Of a stretch of 64,000 nt of DNA, positions 36,747 through 47,249 are shown one piece after another. The notes beneath the pieces are model-generated. The model saw only the letters and a program-made list of their open reading frames with translations. It was not told the DNA's origin and ran no database searches. The translations under genes were made by a program, and so were the position numbers. The stretch's first letter is position 1; each line of letters begins with the position of its first letter. Origin of the DNA: an uncultured delta proteobacterium (lineage in GTDB: Bacteria; Myxococcota_A; Polyangia; Polyangiales; Polyangiaceae); the NCBI GenBank assembly GCA_963806225.1, contig CAWDXG010000004.1, positions 5,408,001-5,472,000 on the forward strand, in the 5' to 3' direction.

Positions 36747-38513
36747 CTAGCCGTTCGCCTCCTCATTGAAGCCCTTGAGCACGTACGCGCTCACGGGCTT
36801 GTCTATGCCCTTGAGCGCCAGGCCGGTCATCTCTTCCACGATCACGTAGTCCTTCACCCGTGGATACAGGTCCGCGCTCAATAGCACACCGCCGAGCGGC
36901 GCCTTCGACTCGTGGCGCTGGGCGCGGTTCACCACGTCGCCGATGCAGGTGTAGTCGCGCCGGACGAAGCGGGAGCCGATGTCGCCGCGCACGACGGTTC
37001 CGCAATTGAGCCCGATGCGCATCACCAGGGGCTTCTCGCGATGCTCGTTGAACTCGAGCAGCGCCTGCTGCATGCCCCAACCCGCGCGCACGGCCCTGAG
37101 CGCGTGCGGCTCCTCCAGATCCGGACGGTCCTCGAAGACGGCCATGATCGCGTCGCCGATGAACTTGTCGATGTCGCCGCCCTGATCGCGGATCACGATG
37201 CACAGGGCGTCGAAGGCCTCGTTCAGGATCGCCACCACCTCGGCGGGGGTCATCTTCGAGCTCATGCTGGTGAAGCCCGAGATGTCGCTGAAGAGCAGCG
37301 TCGCGTCCACCTCCTTGGCGCGGATGTCGCCCATCTGCCCGCTCGCGCTCATCTCCTCCGCCGCGCGCACCGCGCCCTCGGAAATGTAGAGGCGGGACGC
37401 CTCCTTGTAGCGGGCCAGCCGCTTCTCGGCGAGCACGCGCTCCACGATCGCGATGCACTTGTCCGTGCTGAACGGCTTGACGAGATAGCTTGTCAGTCCC
37501 GCGGCGCGCATCTGTGCCTGGTCGCGGCGGCTGTCGCGCGCGCTCAGCATGACGACCGGCACGTCGCGCGTGCCGAGGTCGCGGCGCAGCGCCAGCGTCA
37601 GCTCGAAGCCGTTCTTGCGTGGCATGTCGTAGTCCGTCAACACGATGTCCGGCGGCTCGGCGAGGGCCTTCTCCAGCCCGTCCTGCCCGTCCACCGCTGT
37701 CTCCACGCGGAAACCCTGGCGCCGGAGAGAATCGGCGACCAGGTGGCGGATCGCCGCGGAGTCATCCACCACCAGCACGCGCTCGCGTACGCTCACCATG
37801 CGCGACGCGAGCAGGTTGTGCAGCCGGCTCAGGAGCTCTTCGGCTACGACGGGCTTGATCAGATAGTCGTCCGCGCCGGCGTCGAAGCCCTTTTCCAGAT
37901 GCGCCGCCTCGCCCAGGCTGGAGCAGATCACGACCGGGATGTCGGCGGTGTGCTCGTCCTCCTTGAGCGAGCGGCACACGCCGTAGCCGTCGAGCCGCGG
38001 CATCTCAACGTCGGTCAGCACCAGATCCGGGCGGTCCTTGTCGAGCAGCTCCAGCGCCTCGGCGCCGTCCCAGGCCTCCACGACCTCGTAGCCCGCGCCG
38101 GTGAGGATGGGCACGGTGTGCTTGTGGATGAGATCGCTGTCGTCCGCGAGCAGCACGCGCAGCTTGCCGTGACCCGCCGTGTCGATGGTGCTGAGCAGCT
38201 CCTGCGCCTGGAAGGGCAGCTGCACCGCGCGGAAGAAGCCGGCCCGCCGCGCCTCGTCGCACGCCGCCACATCGAGGCCCAGATACACCGCTCGCTCCGG
38301 TGCCAGCCCCGCGCCGCGCGCCTTCGCCAGCGCCTCGATCGCCGTGCGGCCGTCCACCACCGGCGCGAACAGCACCACGTCCGGTTGCTTCGCGGCTTGC
38401 TCGAGCAGAGCATCCAGATCCGGCGCGACGCTCAGCTTGTGCCCCGCCGGCTCCAGCGCCCGCGCCACGAACTCGCCCAGCACGCCCGGCGGCGTGACCA
38501 ATCCCACCTGCAT
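36747..38513 (-). CDS. Class III adenylate cyclase with three receiver domains
   Basis: REC1 degenerate; REC2 LTDVEMP and REC3 LTDYDMP intact; FSDISGFT, DKFIGDAIM, DYTCIGDVVNRAQR (K/T specificity residues favour ATP). Confidence 0.88.
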   Translation of the reverse strand: MQVGLVTPPGVLGEFVARALEPAGHKLSVAPDLDALLEQAAKQPDVVLFAPVVDGRTAIEALAKARGAGLAPERAVYLGLDVAACDEARRAGFFRAVQLPFQAQELLSTIDTAGHGKLRVLLADDSDLIHKHTVPILTGAGYEVVEAWDGAEALELLDKDRPDLVLTDVEMPRLDGYGVCRSLKEDEHTADIPVVICSSLGEAAHLEKGFDAGADDYLIKPVVAEELLSRLHNLLASRMVSVRERVLVVDDSAAIRHLVADSLRRQGFRVETAVDGQDGLEKALAEPPDIVLTDYDMPRKNGFELTLALRRDLGTRDVPVVMLSARDSRRDQAQMRAAGLTSYLVKPFSTDKCIAIVERVLAEKRLARYKEASRLYISEGAVRAAEEMSASGQMGDIRAKEVDATLLFSDISGFTSMSSKMTPAEVVAILNEAFDALCIVIRDQGGDIDKFIGDAIMAVFEDRPDLEEPHALRAVRAGWGMQQALLEFNEHREKPLVMRIGLNCGTVVRGDIGSRFVRRDYTCIGDVVNRAQRHESKAPLGGVLLSADLYPRVKDYVIVEEMTGLALKGIDKPVSAYVLKGFNEEANG

Positions 38514-38732
38514 GACCCGCCTATCCTAGTCGCGCCACGGTGCGGTGCATGGGCGATGGGCATGGGCGCGCGGCACGGCCGCGCGGCCGGACGAGCCGCG
38601 CCGGACGGGAGCTGCCGGGACGGGTGGGGTGGGCCTGCTGGGGTACCTGGTTGGGTGCCCCCCCACCAGCTCGGGAAAAGCCGAGCAGTTTCCGGCGGTC
38701 GGACGCCCCGCGGGCTGGTATACGCCCGGGCT

Positions 38733-39959
38733 GTGACCGACGCGCCTCTGCCCGCCGCTGCGGAAGCGGTGCTCAAGTTCCTCGAGAGCGTGGGGCGCCG
38801 CTCGGAGGCGGAGCTGTATCTGGGGCTGTTCCGCCGCTTGCCGAAGGAGAGCTTCGCGGTCATCGCGGCGGACGCGCCGGTGCTGCGGCAGGCGCTGGGC
38901 TCGCTGGTCGAGCAGCTCCGGTTCCTGTCCGAGCTGGGGCTCTACGCGCCGGTGGTACTGGGGCTGTTCGAGCCGGGCTCGGCGGCGACCGGGGCCGAGC
39001 GGCTGGCGCGGCGGTTGCCGACGGTGGGGCTCGAGCCGGTGGTGCACGACGCGGGCGAAGCGGATCTGGTCGAGCAGCTCAGGCGCGAGTTGCAGAGCGA
39101 GAAGCTACCCCTGGTGCGCTTCCAGCCCGGCGACTGCGACCGCGTCGCAGGGCGCTTCGCGCGTATGGGCGAGCTGTGCCTCGAGCTCGATAGCCGCAAG
39201 CTGGTGTTCCTGCGTCGGCGCGGCGGGCTCGGGCCGCACGGCGAGCGGCGTATCGAGCTGCCCGGCGCGCATGCGCTGGGCGCGCATGGCGGCGGCATTT
39301 CGGTCATCAACCTGCGCACCGACGCCGAGCCGCTGCTCGCATCGAAGCTGCTCGGCCAGCGCGACGCCGCGCTGCTCGGGCGCCTGCGCGATCTGCTGCT
39401 CGCGCCGGACGCGGCGAGCGTGCTGGTGAGCGTGACCTCGCCGCTGAACCTGCTGCGCGAACTGTTCACGGTACGCGGCGCGGGCACGCTGGTGAAGCGC
39501 GGCAGCGCCGTGGATCGCTTTGGAAGCTACGCGGAGCTCGACGTGGCGCGGCTGCGCTCGCTGCTCGAGGCGAGCTTCGGGCGGCGCGCCCGCGAGGATT
39601 TCTTCGAGCGCGAGCCGCTCGCGATCTACGTGGAGCAGGGCTACCGGGCGGCGGCCATCCTCGAGCCGTCGCCGGTCGCGCCGTTCCTGACGAAGTTCGC
39701 CGTCGAGCCGCTGGCGCAGGGCGAGGGGATGGGCCGCGATCTGTGGCAGGCGATGGAGCGGGACTTCCCGCGCGTGTTCTGGCGGGCGCGCCCGGACAAT
39801 CCCATCGCCTCCTGGTACCTGAACGAGTGCGACGGCATGCTGCGGCTGTCGCGCTGGCAGGTCTTCTGGCGCGGGCTCGAGCCGGAGGAAATACCCCGCG
39901 CGGCAAGGGAAGCGCTGGAACGGCGGGAGGATTTCGAGGTATCCAGCTCCGAGCGGTAG
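38733..39959 (+). CDS. N-acetylglutamate synthase/kinase-like protein (degenerate AAK domain + DUF619/NAT domain)
   Basis: ESVGRRSEAELYL, ISVINL, ELFTVRGAGTLV, FLTKFAV...QGEGMGRDLW, FWRARPDNPI..WY...CDG. Confidence 0.78.
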   Translation: MTDAPLPAAAEAVLKFLESVGRRSEAELYLGLFRRLPKESFAVIAADAPVLRQALGSLVEQLRFLSELGLYAPVVLGLFEPGSAATGAERLARRLPTVGLEPVVHDAGEADLVEQLRRELQSEKLPLVRFQPGDCDRVAGRFARMGELCLELDSRKLVFLRRRGGLGPHGERRIELPGAHALGAHGGGISVINLRTDAEPLLASKLLGQRDAALLGRLRDLLLAPDAASVLVSVTSPLNLLRELFTVRGAGTLVKRGSAVDRFGSYAELDVARLRSLLEASFGRRAREDFFEREPLAIYVEQGYRAAAILEPSPVAPFLTKFAVEPLAQGEGMGRDLWQAMERDFPRVFWRARPDNPIASWYLNECDGMLRLSRWQVFWRGLEPEEIPRAAREALERREDFEVSSSER

Positions 39960-39969
39960 TGGTGCATCG

Positions 39970-40320
39970 ATGCTCGCTGTCTATCTGTTCGTCTTCACCG
40001 TGGGGCTCATCGGGGTCGCGCTGTATCTCCTCTTGATGTTCCGCGAGGTGCCCGGCGCGGCCGAGGAGCGCTTCGGCAAGCTGGAGGATCTGCCGCAGGA
40101 CATCGGCAAATGGGTGGTCGACGAGGACTCGCCCGAAGCCGGGTCCGCGAAGAAGCAGGGCCTGCTGCGCGAGGTGCGCTACTTCCACGACACCGAGCAC
40201 AACAGGTTCAGCGGCGGCCGCCTGCTCAAGCAGGTCCGCTACCGCAACGCCGAAACGCGGAAGATCGAGCGTGTCGAGCCGGACGAGGTCTTCAAGCGCA
40301 AGCGCCGCAAGGTGGAGTGA
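39970..40320 (+). CDS. Hypothetical membrane-anchored protein
   Basis: N-terminal TM helix; high-GC3 codons; directly follows the NAGS-like gene. Confidence 0.7.
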   Translation: MLAVYLFVFTVGLIGVALYLLLMFREVPGAAEERFGKLEDLPQDIGKWVVDEDSPEAGSAKKQGLLREVRYFHDTEHNRFSGGRLLKQVRYRNAETRKIERVEPDEVFKRKRRKVE

Positions 40321-40369
40321 CGCTCGCCGCCGGCACTCACTGAGCGCAGAAAACGCTCGCGCCCGCGCC

Positions 40370-40516
40370 CTAATAGATCGACCCGAGAAACGTGCAGGTT
40401 CGACCAGGGTGACGGACCACGCGGTACCAGCACGAGAGGTACGTCTTCAGTCCGAACTGCCGGACGATCAGTACGGCATGCCTGAGCAGGTGTCGCGTTG
40501 TGATAACGCCCGTCAT
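40370..40516 (-). CDS. Small hypothetical protein (48 aa)
   Basis: MTGVITTRHLLRHAVLIVRQFGLKTYLSCWYRVVRHPGRTCTFLGSIY from internal ATG 40516 with AAGG upstream; occupies an otherwise empty gap. Confidence 0.5.
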   Translation of the reverse strand: MTGVITTRHLLRHAVLIVRQFGLKTYLSCWYRVVRHPGRTCTFLGSIY

Positions 40517-40671
40517 CCTGGTGCCTTGTCGTGCAGCAACCATTCCATGCGAATTCGCTGCTGTGGCAGGCACTTGCGGAGCCTCTGGCGGGCGCGCCTT
40601 ACAGATGTGCAAGTCGGGCTTCCGGCCGTGCATCCCGCGACGCGGTGCGGCGCGCACGCTGTCAGGCCCTG

Positions 40672-41556
40672 TCAGATGGACCGCTTGTGCATGCGATGTA
40701 GTGCACTCTGCCGGTGCGCCGCGATCTCGGGCCAGTCCTGCCAGACCGGGTGCGAGTAGCGCGGCAGTGCGGGTAGCCGGCCGATGTCGACACCCTCACC
40801 CGGTGCGTGGAAGTCCGCTCCGCGCGAGGCCTTGAGGCCCGAGGCGCGGGCCAGGTCGGCGAACCTGCCGTATTCGGAAGGATGGTGGCTGCCGGTGATG
40901 ACCTCGAGGCCCTCGCCGCCGAGGGCGCGGAAGTCGTCGAGCAGGCGGCAGAGCTCGCGCGCGTTGAAAGCGTAGCGCCCCGGGTGCGCGATCACGGCGA
41001 TTCCGCCACTGTCGCGGATCCAGCTGACGGCGTTTCCCAGCGTGGTCCATTCGTGCTCGACGTAGCCGGGATGGCCGGGCACGAGGAAGCGTTCGAATGC
41101 GCCGTGCAGGTCGGGTGCATGGCCCTCCGACACCAGCCAGCGAGCGAAGTGCGTGCGCCCCACGATCTGCTTGTTGGCGGCAAGCTCGTAGGCGCCGGCA
41201 TAGGCTCCGGGAATGCCGGCTGCTGCGAGATCGGCGCCCATACGCCGCGCCCGTTCGGCGCGCCCGCTGCGGATGCCCTCGAGTCCCGACGAAAGGCCGG
41301 GATGTTCAGGATCGATCCGCAGACCCACGACGTGAACCGTCTGTCCGCCCCAGGTTGTCGAGATCTCGACGCCCGCTATCAGCGTCAGTCCGGCCGGGCC
41401 TGCTGCGGCGCGCGCAGCGGCAATCCCCGAGACATCGTCGTGGTCGGTCAGGGCGAGCGCGTGCACCCCGTTGGCGGCGGCGCGCGCCACCACATCGGCG
41501 GGCGAGAGCACCCCGTCCGACACGTTGGAGTGGCAATGTAGGTCGACGTTCAGCAT
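40672..41556 (-). CDS. PHP-domain phosphoesterase (YciV/TrpH-like)
   Basis: DLHCHSNVSDG, LTDHD, GVEIS, IAHP and GADFH motifs. Confidence 0.9.
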   Translation of the reverse strand: MLNVDLHCHSNVSDGVLSPADVVARAAANGVHALALTDHDDVSGIAAARAAAGPAGLTLIAGVEISTTWGGQTVHVVGLRIDPEHPGLSSGLEGIRSGRAERARRMGADLAAAGIPGAYAGAYELAANKQIVGRTHFARWLVSEGHAPDLHGAFERFLVPGHPGYVEHEWTTLGNAVSWIRDSGGIAVIAHPGRYAFNARELCRLLDDFRALGGEGLEVITGSHHPSEYGRFADLARASGLKASRGADFHAPGEGVDIGRLPALPRYSHPVWQDWPEIAAHRQSALHRMHKRSI

Positions 41557-41631
41557 CGAGGGCCCGGCATCCGGACCCGAGCATAGCCCGACCGTCTTCC
41601 GGACGCCGGCCGCCCCCGCGATACGATCGCG

Positions 41632-43970
41632 CTACCGCCCGAGCGCCGCGGCGCGGTTCACGATGCGCGGCGTGAGGAAGATGACCAGCTCGCTGCGGGT
41701 GTCGCTAGAGCGGCGGCGCTGGAAGAGCAGGCCGATCAGGGGGATGTCGCCGAAGAACGGCACCTGATCGAGGTTCCGCCCCGTGTTGCGCGTGAAGATA
41801 CCGCCGATAACCGCGGTGTGCCCATCCATCACGAGCAGGTCCGTCTCCGCTTCGCGCTTCAGGATGGTGGGATCGCCGCGCGCCGAGGTCTGGTTGAAGT
41901 CCGGTTCGTCGCGGTTGATCTTGACGTGCATGCTGACGCTGCCGTCAGCCGTGACGTGCGGCTTGACCAGCAGCTGCAGCTTGGCTTCCTGGAAGGTCGT
42001 CTGCACGCCCTGTGCACTGATCTGCGAGAACGGAATCAAGGTGCCCTGCGCGATGCGCGCTTCGCGGTTGTCGAGCGTGAGGATGCGCGGGCTGGACAGG
42101 ATGCGCAGAAGGCCGCTCGACTCCGCCGCCGATAGGCGCACCGCCAGGTTCACGGTGCTGTCGACCGAACCGAAGGTGAGCCCCAGCGCGCCGCCCTGAC
42201 CGGTACCGACCGTCGCGGGCAGGTTCACCGCGAAGTTCGGGTTTGCCACCGTCTGGGTGAAGGGGCTCAGGCCCTGCGGTGGGCGTGTTGTTGTCGCTGG
42301 CGCCGCCGACCACGCCGACCGAGTTCGGGAAGGCGAGGCCCGTCGAGTTCGCGGTGGCCGCCGAGAAGGTCCCGTCGCCGCCCCACTGGATGCCGACGTC
42401 GCGCAGATAGCGGCTGGTAGCCTCGACGATGCGCGCTTCCACCAGCACCTGCGGCGTTTGCGTATCGAGCGAGCGCACCAGCTCCTCGATCTGGTTCGAG
42501 GTTGCCCGCCACGTCGCGGACGATCATCACGTTGGTCCGCTCGTCCACGGCGATGGAGCCGCGCGGCGACAAGAGTTCCTTGGCGCGCGCCTGGAGGTTC
42601 GACGCCTGCGCGTAGCTGACCGGGATGAGCCGCGTCTCGATGGGCGCAAGCTGCATCTCCTGCTTGCGCCGCGCGATGGCCATCTCGCGCTCTTTCTCGA
42701 GCTCGGCCAGCGGTGCCACGCGGATCATGTTGCCCTGGCGCACCATGCCGAGGTTCTTCGCCTGCAGCACCACGTCGAGCGCCTGGTCCCAGGGCACGTT
42801 GCGCATGCGGATGGTCACGCTGCCCTGCACGTTGTCGGCAGTGACGATGTTGACGCGTCCCACGTCGGCCAGCAGCCTGAGCACGTTGTGGACGTCGGCG
42901 TCCTTGAGGTCGAGATCGATGCGGCGGCCGGTGTAGCGCTGCTGCGCTAGCACTGTCGGCGCGAACGCGCTGGCCTGGTCAGGGCTTTCGGTCTGTTCGA
43001 CCGGCCCGTCGTAGCCGGAGTGGACCTCGGGGATGTTGTCGAAGCTCTGGTCGACGTGCACCGTGCGGGCACGACGTGCGATGCCGCCGTCGGCCGCGAC
43101 GCCCGTGACGCTGGAGGGGAGACTCCCGGGCTTGTAGAAGGACCAGACGAGCGTATTGCCCTGGCGCGTGATCCGGCTTTCGGCCTTCTGCGAGGCGCGG
43201 GCCTCGAGCACGACCTGATCGGTCTCGTGTCCCTTGTTGAAGCTGGACACGCTGTCGAGCACGCCGCCGAAGGCGCTCACGTCCAGAGTGCGCACCAGAG
43301 CCTTCGGCAGCTGGGTGTGCGTGAGCACGAGCCGCGCCTTGTTCGACTTCTCGTCAGTGCGCTTGAAGTGCGGGATGCTGGACAGCTCGACGAAAACCTT
43401 GTCTTCGAGCGAGGTGTGACCGAACCGCACGTTGACCACGCGAGCTGTCGTCCGGGTGGCGTTCGCCGCGTGGGGCTTGACCGGAAGCTTGCGGTCGAGC
43501 ACGCCGGTGGCCCCCGGCACCAGCGAGACCACGAGGTGGTTTCCGTGGACCGTGACCGAGTACTTCGCGTCGTGGAGCAGAGTGACCAGGATGCGGGTCG
43601 TGGAGCTGGTGGGCGTCTTGAACGCCTGTGCCATCACTCCGCCGACCACGCCCACGTGGTGGGTCAGCGCTCCCGGTGCGCCCCGGAGGTCGGCGTTCGG
43701 CACGTCGATGATGAGGCGCCGCCCAGCCCGCTCGAGCCGTGCGGTGAAGGTCGGTTTTCGCGTGAAGTCGACCACGAGCCGAGCCGAGCCATGCTGTCCA
43801 GTGGCGGTCAGTCCGATGTGGGTGGCGTGTCGGGCGGCGCCGGCCGCCGCTGCGGGGGGTGCGGTCGTCAGTGTGGCCGACAGCGCGAGCGCCGAGACGG
43901 CCGTGACGAGGCCGGCGCGCAGGCGCCGGCGGCCGCGATAGCGGGGTGCCGGGGGCGGGGTCCAGCTCAT
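41632..43970 (-). CDS. pilQ: Type IV pilus secretin PilQ, two apparent +1 frameshifts (~42495, ~42273)
   Basis: AMIN-like N-terminus; IDLDLKDAD, VPWDQALD, QVLVEARIVEA, SSPRILT, VPFFGDIPLIG.LF, IFLTPRIV across three frames. Confidence 0.92.
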
Positions 43971-44164
43971 GGTGTGAGGCTCCGATCGTCGATCTGGCCG
44001 ACAAGCGATGGCTTGTGCGTCGGTTCGACTTGAAAGCGTAGCCTGGTGCGATCGAAGCGAACAAATTCCGGGCTCCCATGCTGTCGCTTATGTAAGTGCC
44101 GTGCGCGACACTCGCGCGCATTGCGCCTCAGGCGCGCCCGGCGTGTCGCGTCGTGCGGGAGGCC

Positions 44165-44752
44165 CTACTGCTCGCCGGTCGTCTGCTCTTCGCCCTTGGG
44201 CCTGAGCGGGATGACGCGCGTCGCAGTCGGAACGTCGGGGTTGGACGGGTCTTCGCGCACCAGCACGATGTCCGTCGGGCGGATGCGGTCGACCCGCCAG
44301 TTGACCTGGTAGGTCGTGTCCTGGTTGGCGCTCTGTACGACCTCGGGCCGCCCGATGAACTGGCCGGGCTGGATCACGTAGCCCTTGCCGTTCGGGTCGA
44401 CCAGCATGGCCTTGGCCGGATGTACGCGGGTCACGATGCCGATCAGCTTGAGCTCGTCGAGCGAGTACTTGTCGAGCACGACCTTGCGCTGCGACTTCAC
44501 CTGGGTCTTGGCTTCCTGCGCGAAGACGTTGGCGTAGGAACGGAAGGGGTCCCGGCTCTGGTTCGACTCGGTGAACTCGGATTCCTGGAACGTGACCTTG
44601 GGGGGCGCGGCGTCCGTGCCGGCGTCGACCTGCGCGACCGGCTTGCGCTCTACCGTTCCGCCGTCGAAGTTGGACTGGACGACCTCTTCGCCACAGCCCG
44701 CGGCCACCAGCAGCGTCGCGGAAACCAGAAGTGCCGTGCCGATGCGGTTCAT
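44165..44752 (-). CDS. pilP: Type IV pilus assembly lipoprotein PilP
   Basis: AAG-C lipobox; RDPF and LDELKLIGI..AMLVDPNG; operon position. Confidence 0.88.
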   Translation of the reverse strand: MNRIGTALLVSATLLVAAGCGEEVVQSNFDGGTVERKPVAQVDAGTDAAPPKVTFQESEFTESNQSRDPFRSYANVFAQEAKTQVKSQRKVVLDKYSLDELKLIGIVTRVHPAKAMLVDPNGKGYVIQPGQFIGRPEVVQSANQDTTYQVNWRVDRIRPTDIVLVREDPSNPDVPTATRVIPLRPKGEEQTTGEQ

Positions 44753-45369
44753 TTCTTCGGCCCCTGTGCCGACCCGCGCTGCTTCTGCTTGTCCGTCGCA
44801 CCGGTGTCCGCGATGGCGTGGAAGGCCGTGGCGAGCACGTCCACCTTCACGACAACGTCGTCGCCCTCGATCTTCGGATCGGTGATCGAGATGTTCTCCA
44901 TGTTGATGATGCGGTCGAGCTGACCGACGCCGTAGAAGAACTTCGCAACCTGGTGGTAGCGCCCCGAGAGCTCCAGCTTCATCGGGACGCGCGCGTAGAA
45001 CTTCTCGGGGATCTCGTCCTGCGGGGTCCAGGCGCTCAAGGTGATGCCTGAGACGTTGGCTACGCTCTGGATCGCGCTCAAGAATGCCGGGTACTCCGTG
45101 GTCGCTGGCAGGATCTTGTTCAGCTCGCGCTGGCGCTGCTGCCTGTCAGCAAGCTCCGCCAGGTCCTTCTGGTAGGCGAACTCGGCCTTGCGCGCCTCGG
45201 CCAGGTCCGAGCGGAGCTGGCGCTCCTGGTTCTGCGCTGCCTTGATGCTGCTCGCGATGTCGCCGTAGAAGACGACGAAATACGCAACGGCGGCGAGCGC
45301 GAGGACGCCGACGACGATGCCGGCCTTCGCGAGCGGCGGTAGCTTGGAGAGGCTGGATTCGCGGGCCAT
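44749..45369 (-). CDS. pilO: Type IV pilus assembly protein PilO
   Basis: TM plus coiled coil, LP, FYARVP, GRYHQVAKFF, RIIN; operon position. Confidence 0.88.
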   Translation of the reverse strand: MARESSLSKLPPLAKAGIVVGVLALAAVAYFVVFYGDIASSIKAAQNQERQLRSDLAEARKAEFAYQKDLAELADRQQRQRELNKILPATTEYPAFLSAIQSVANVSGITLSAWTPQDEIPEKFYARVPMKLELSGRYHQVAKFFYGVGQLDRIINMENISITDPKIEGDDVVVKVDVLATAFHAIADTGATDKQKQRGSAQGPKK

Positions 45370-45370
45370 C

Positions 45371-46010
45371 TCAGTACCTCACCTTCGCCTGGAGCTGGAA
45401 GTTGACCAGGTCGAGGCCCGACTCCGAGTCGTGCACCTGGCGCGCGGGCAGAAGCTTCACGTCGTAGAAGTAGCTCGACAGATTCATGCGCCGCGCCAGC
45501 TCGCTCACGTCCTCGCCGTCACGCGCCCTGCCCTCGAGCCGCACCTGGCGATGCTCCTCGACGAATCGGGAGAGCCACAGTCGTCGGGCGTCCCAGTTGG
45601 GGTTGTAGACGGCCAGGGGATTGTCGCGCTTGAGCTGCGCCAGCTTCTCGGGGCTGACCGACGGGCCGCGCCCCGGCGTGAGGATGCGCGCCATCTCGAG
45701 CATCATTGCCGTGGGGCCGGTGCGCGCGCTCTGCAGCTTGGAGATCGCGTCCTCGCGCGCCCTGAGCTGCGCGAGCTTCTGCTTGACCTCCGCCTGGTTC
45801 TTGACGGCTTTCCGCGCGTGGTCGATCTGAGCCTGGATCTCGTCGTTCTTGTGCTTCTGCGCCTGCGAGTTCCTGCCGCTTGAAGCCGTGGAACACGAAC
45901 AGGCCGACGATCTCGGCGAGCAGCAGGACCAGGAGCGCGACCAGCCACAGCTGGCTCCCCTCGGTCTGCTCGGCGCGCTTCTTCTGGGGAAGGAGATTGA
46001 TCCGGATCAC
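45371..46010 (-). CDS. pilN: Type IV pilus assembly protein PilN, one apparent +1 frameshift (~45862)
   Basis: GTG start, MIRINLLP signature, TM, coiled coil; continues in the second frame to RLWLSRF. Confidence 0.85.
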
Positions 46011-47090
46011 GAGCGGCTCTCCTTCTCCTTGCGCAGCGCGAGCCCGAGCGCGACGGCCAACTGCGCCACGCGGGACTGGAGCAGATTCGGATCGACGTAC
46101 TTCGGGTCGGCGATCACGCGCTCGGTGGGTGCCCAGACCTCGACCGGAACGCGCGCTCTGCGCTCGATGGCCTGGCCCAAGCGAGCCGAGGTTCGCGGTA
46201 CCGCCGGTGACGAAGATCCGCGCGATCTCGCCCTCGCCGCTGGTTGCCATGAAGAAGTCCAGGCTGCGCTGGATCTCCGCCGCGATGGAGTCCGCGATGG
46301 CCTCGACCACCTGGAACACTTGTTCCGGAACCATGCCGGCGCCGGCGCGATAGGGGTCGTCCGGTGCGGCGGAGCCGCCGCACTTGTAGGCTTCGGCCTG
46401 CTCGAACGGCACGCCGAGCTGCTTCTGGATCTCCTCGGTGATGACGTTGCCGCCGTTCGCGATCTCGCGGGTGAACGCGCTGACGCCGCCTGCCACGATG
46501 TTCAGGGACGACAGACTGGCTCCGACGTTGATGAGTGCGATCGTCTGGTCGGCCGGCACGCCCCGCGAGAACTCGAAGAGGTTCTGAACCGTGAAGGCGT
46601 CGATGTCGCAAACGACGGGCTTCAGCTTCGCGTCGCGGGCCAGCTGGGCGTAGTCGTTGATCTGGTCGCGCTTGGCAGCAACCAGCAGAAGGTCCATCTG
46701 GCTGGCCTCCGGCCTGCGCCTGAGCACCTGGTAGTCGACCTGCACGTCCTTGATATCGAACGGGATGTGCTGCTCTGCTTCCCAGTGGATCTGCTCGTCG
46801 AGCTCCGCGGCGGTCATCATCGGCACCGTGATCTTGCGGATGATGACGCTCTGCCCGGAAACGCTCAGCGCGACTTCCTTCTGCTTGATCCCGGCCTCGC
46901 GAGTGACCCGCTGCAGCGTCTCGGTGACGGCGCTGGCGTCCATGACCTGGCCATCGACAATGGTCTGCGGGGGCAGCGCCGCGTACCCGAAGCGTTCCAG
47001 GGAGAAGCCCTTCCGGCTTTCCTTGACCTGACACACCTTGATCGAGCTGGTGCCGATATCGACGCCGACCAGGTTCCTACCTTCGCCCAT
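46007..47090 (-). CDS. pilM: Type IV pilus assembly protein PilM, one apparent +1 frameshift (~46177)
   Basis: GVDIGTSSIK actin-like motif, EAEQHIPF, EIQRSLDFF, VTGG; C-terminal VALGLALR in the shifted frame. Confidence 0.92.
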
Positions 47091-47249
47091 GAGGCCTCTC
47101 GCGCAGCGCGGGCGGAAAATCCCGCCACGAAACTTTGGCATTCTGTTTCCGGGAACGCCAAGAAACGGGGAAGGCGGTTTGCCGGGGCGCGGCGCCCGCC
47201 GCCTCGGATATCGTTGACCCGTTGCGATGACTTGCTGGCTCCGGTCCGC

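Noticed and set aside
36912..38732. N-terminal part of the 1015-aa ORF 36912..39959
   Set aside because: It is antisense to the adenylate cyclase; the real gene starts at GTG 38733.
40672..41556. Possible horizontal acquisition of the PHP gene
   Set aside because: There is only a subjective resemblance to proteobacterial YciV, with no mobility genes, flanking repeats or clear compositional shift.
41632..47090. Pseudogenised or programmed-frameshift type IV pilus operon
   Set aside because: The lesions are lone +1 insertions without slippery motifs or other decay, matching the error pattern in unrelated genes.
47135..47150. Sigma-54 promoter-like TTGGCATTCTGTTTCC
   Set aside because: The -24 GG is present, but the -12 element reads TTCC rather than TTGC; too weak to call.
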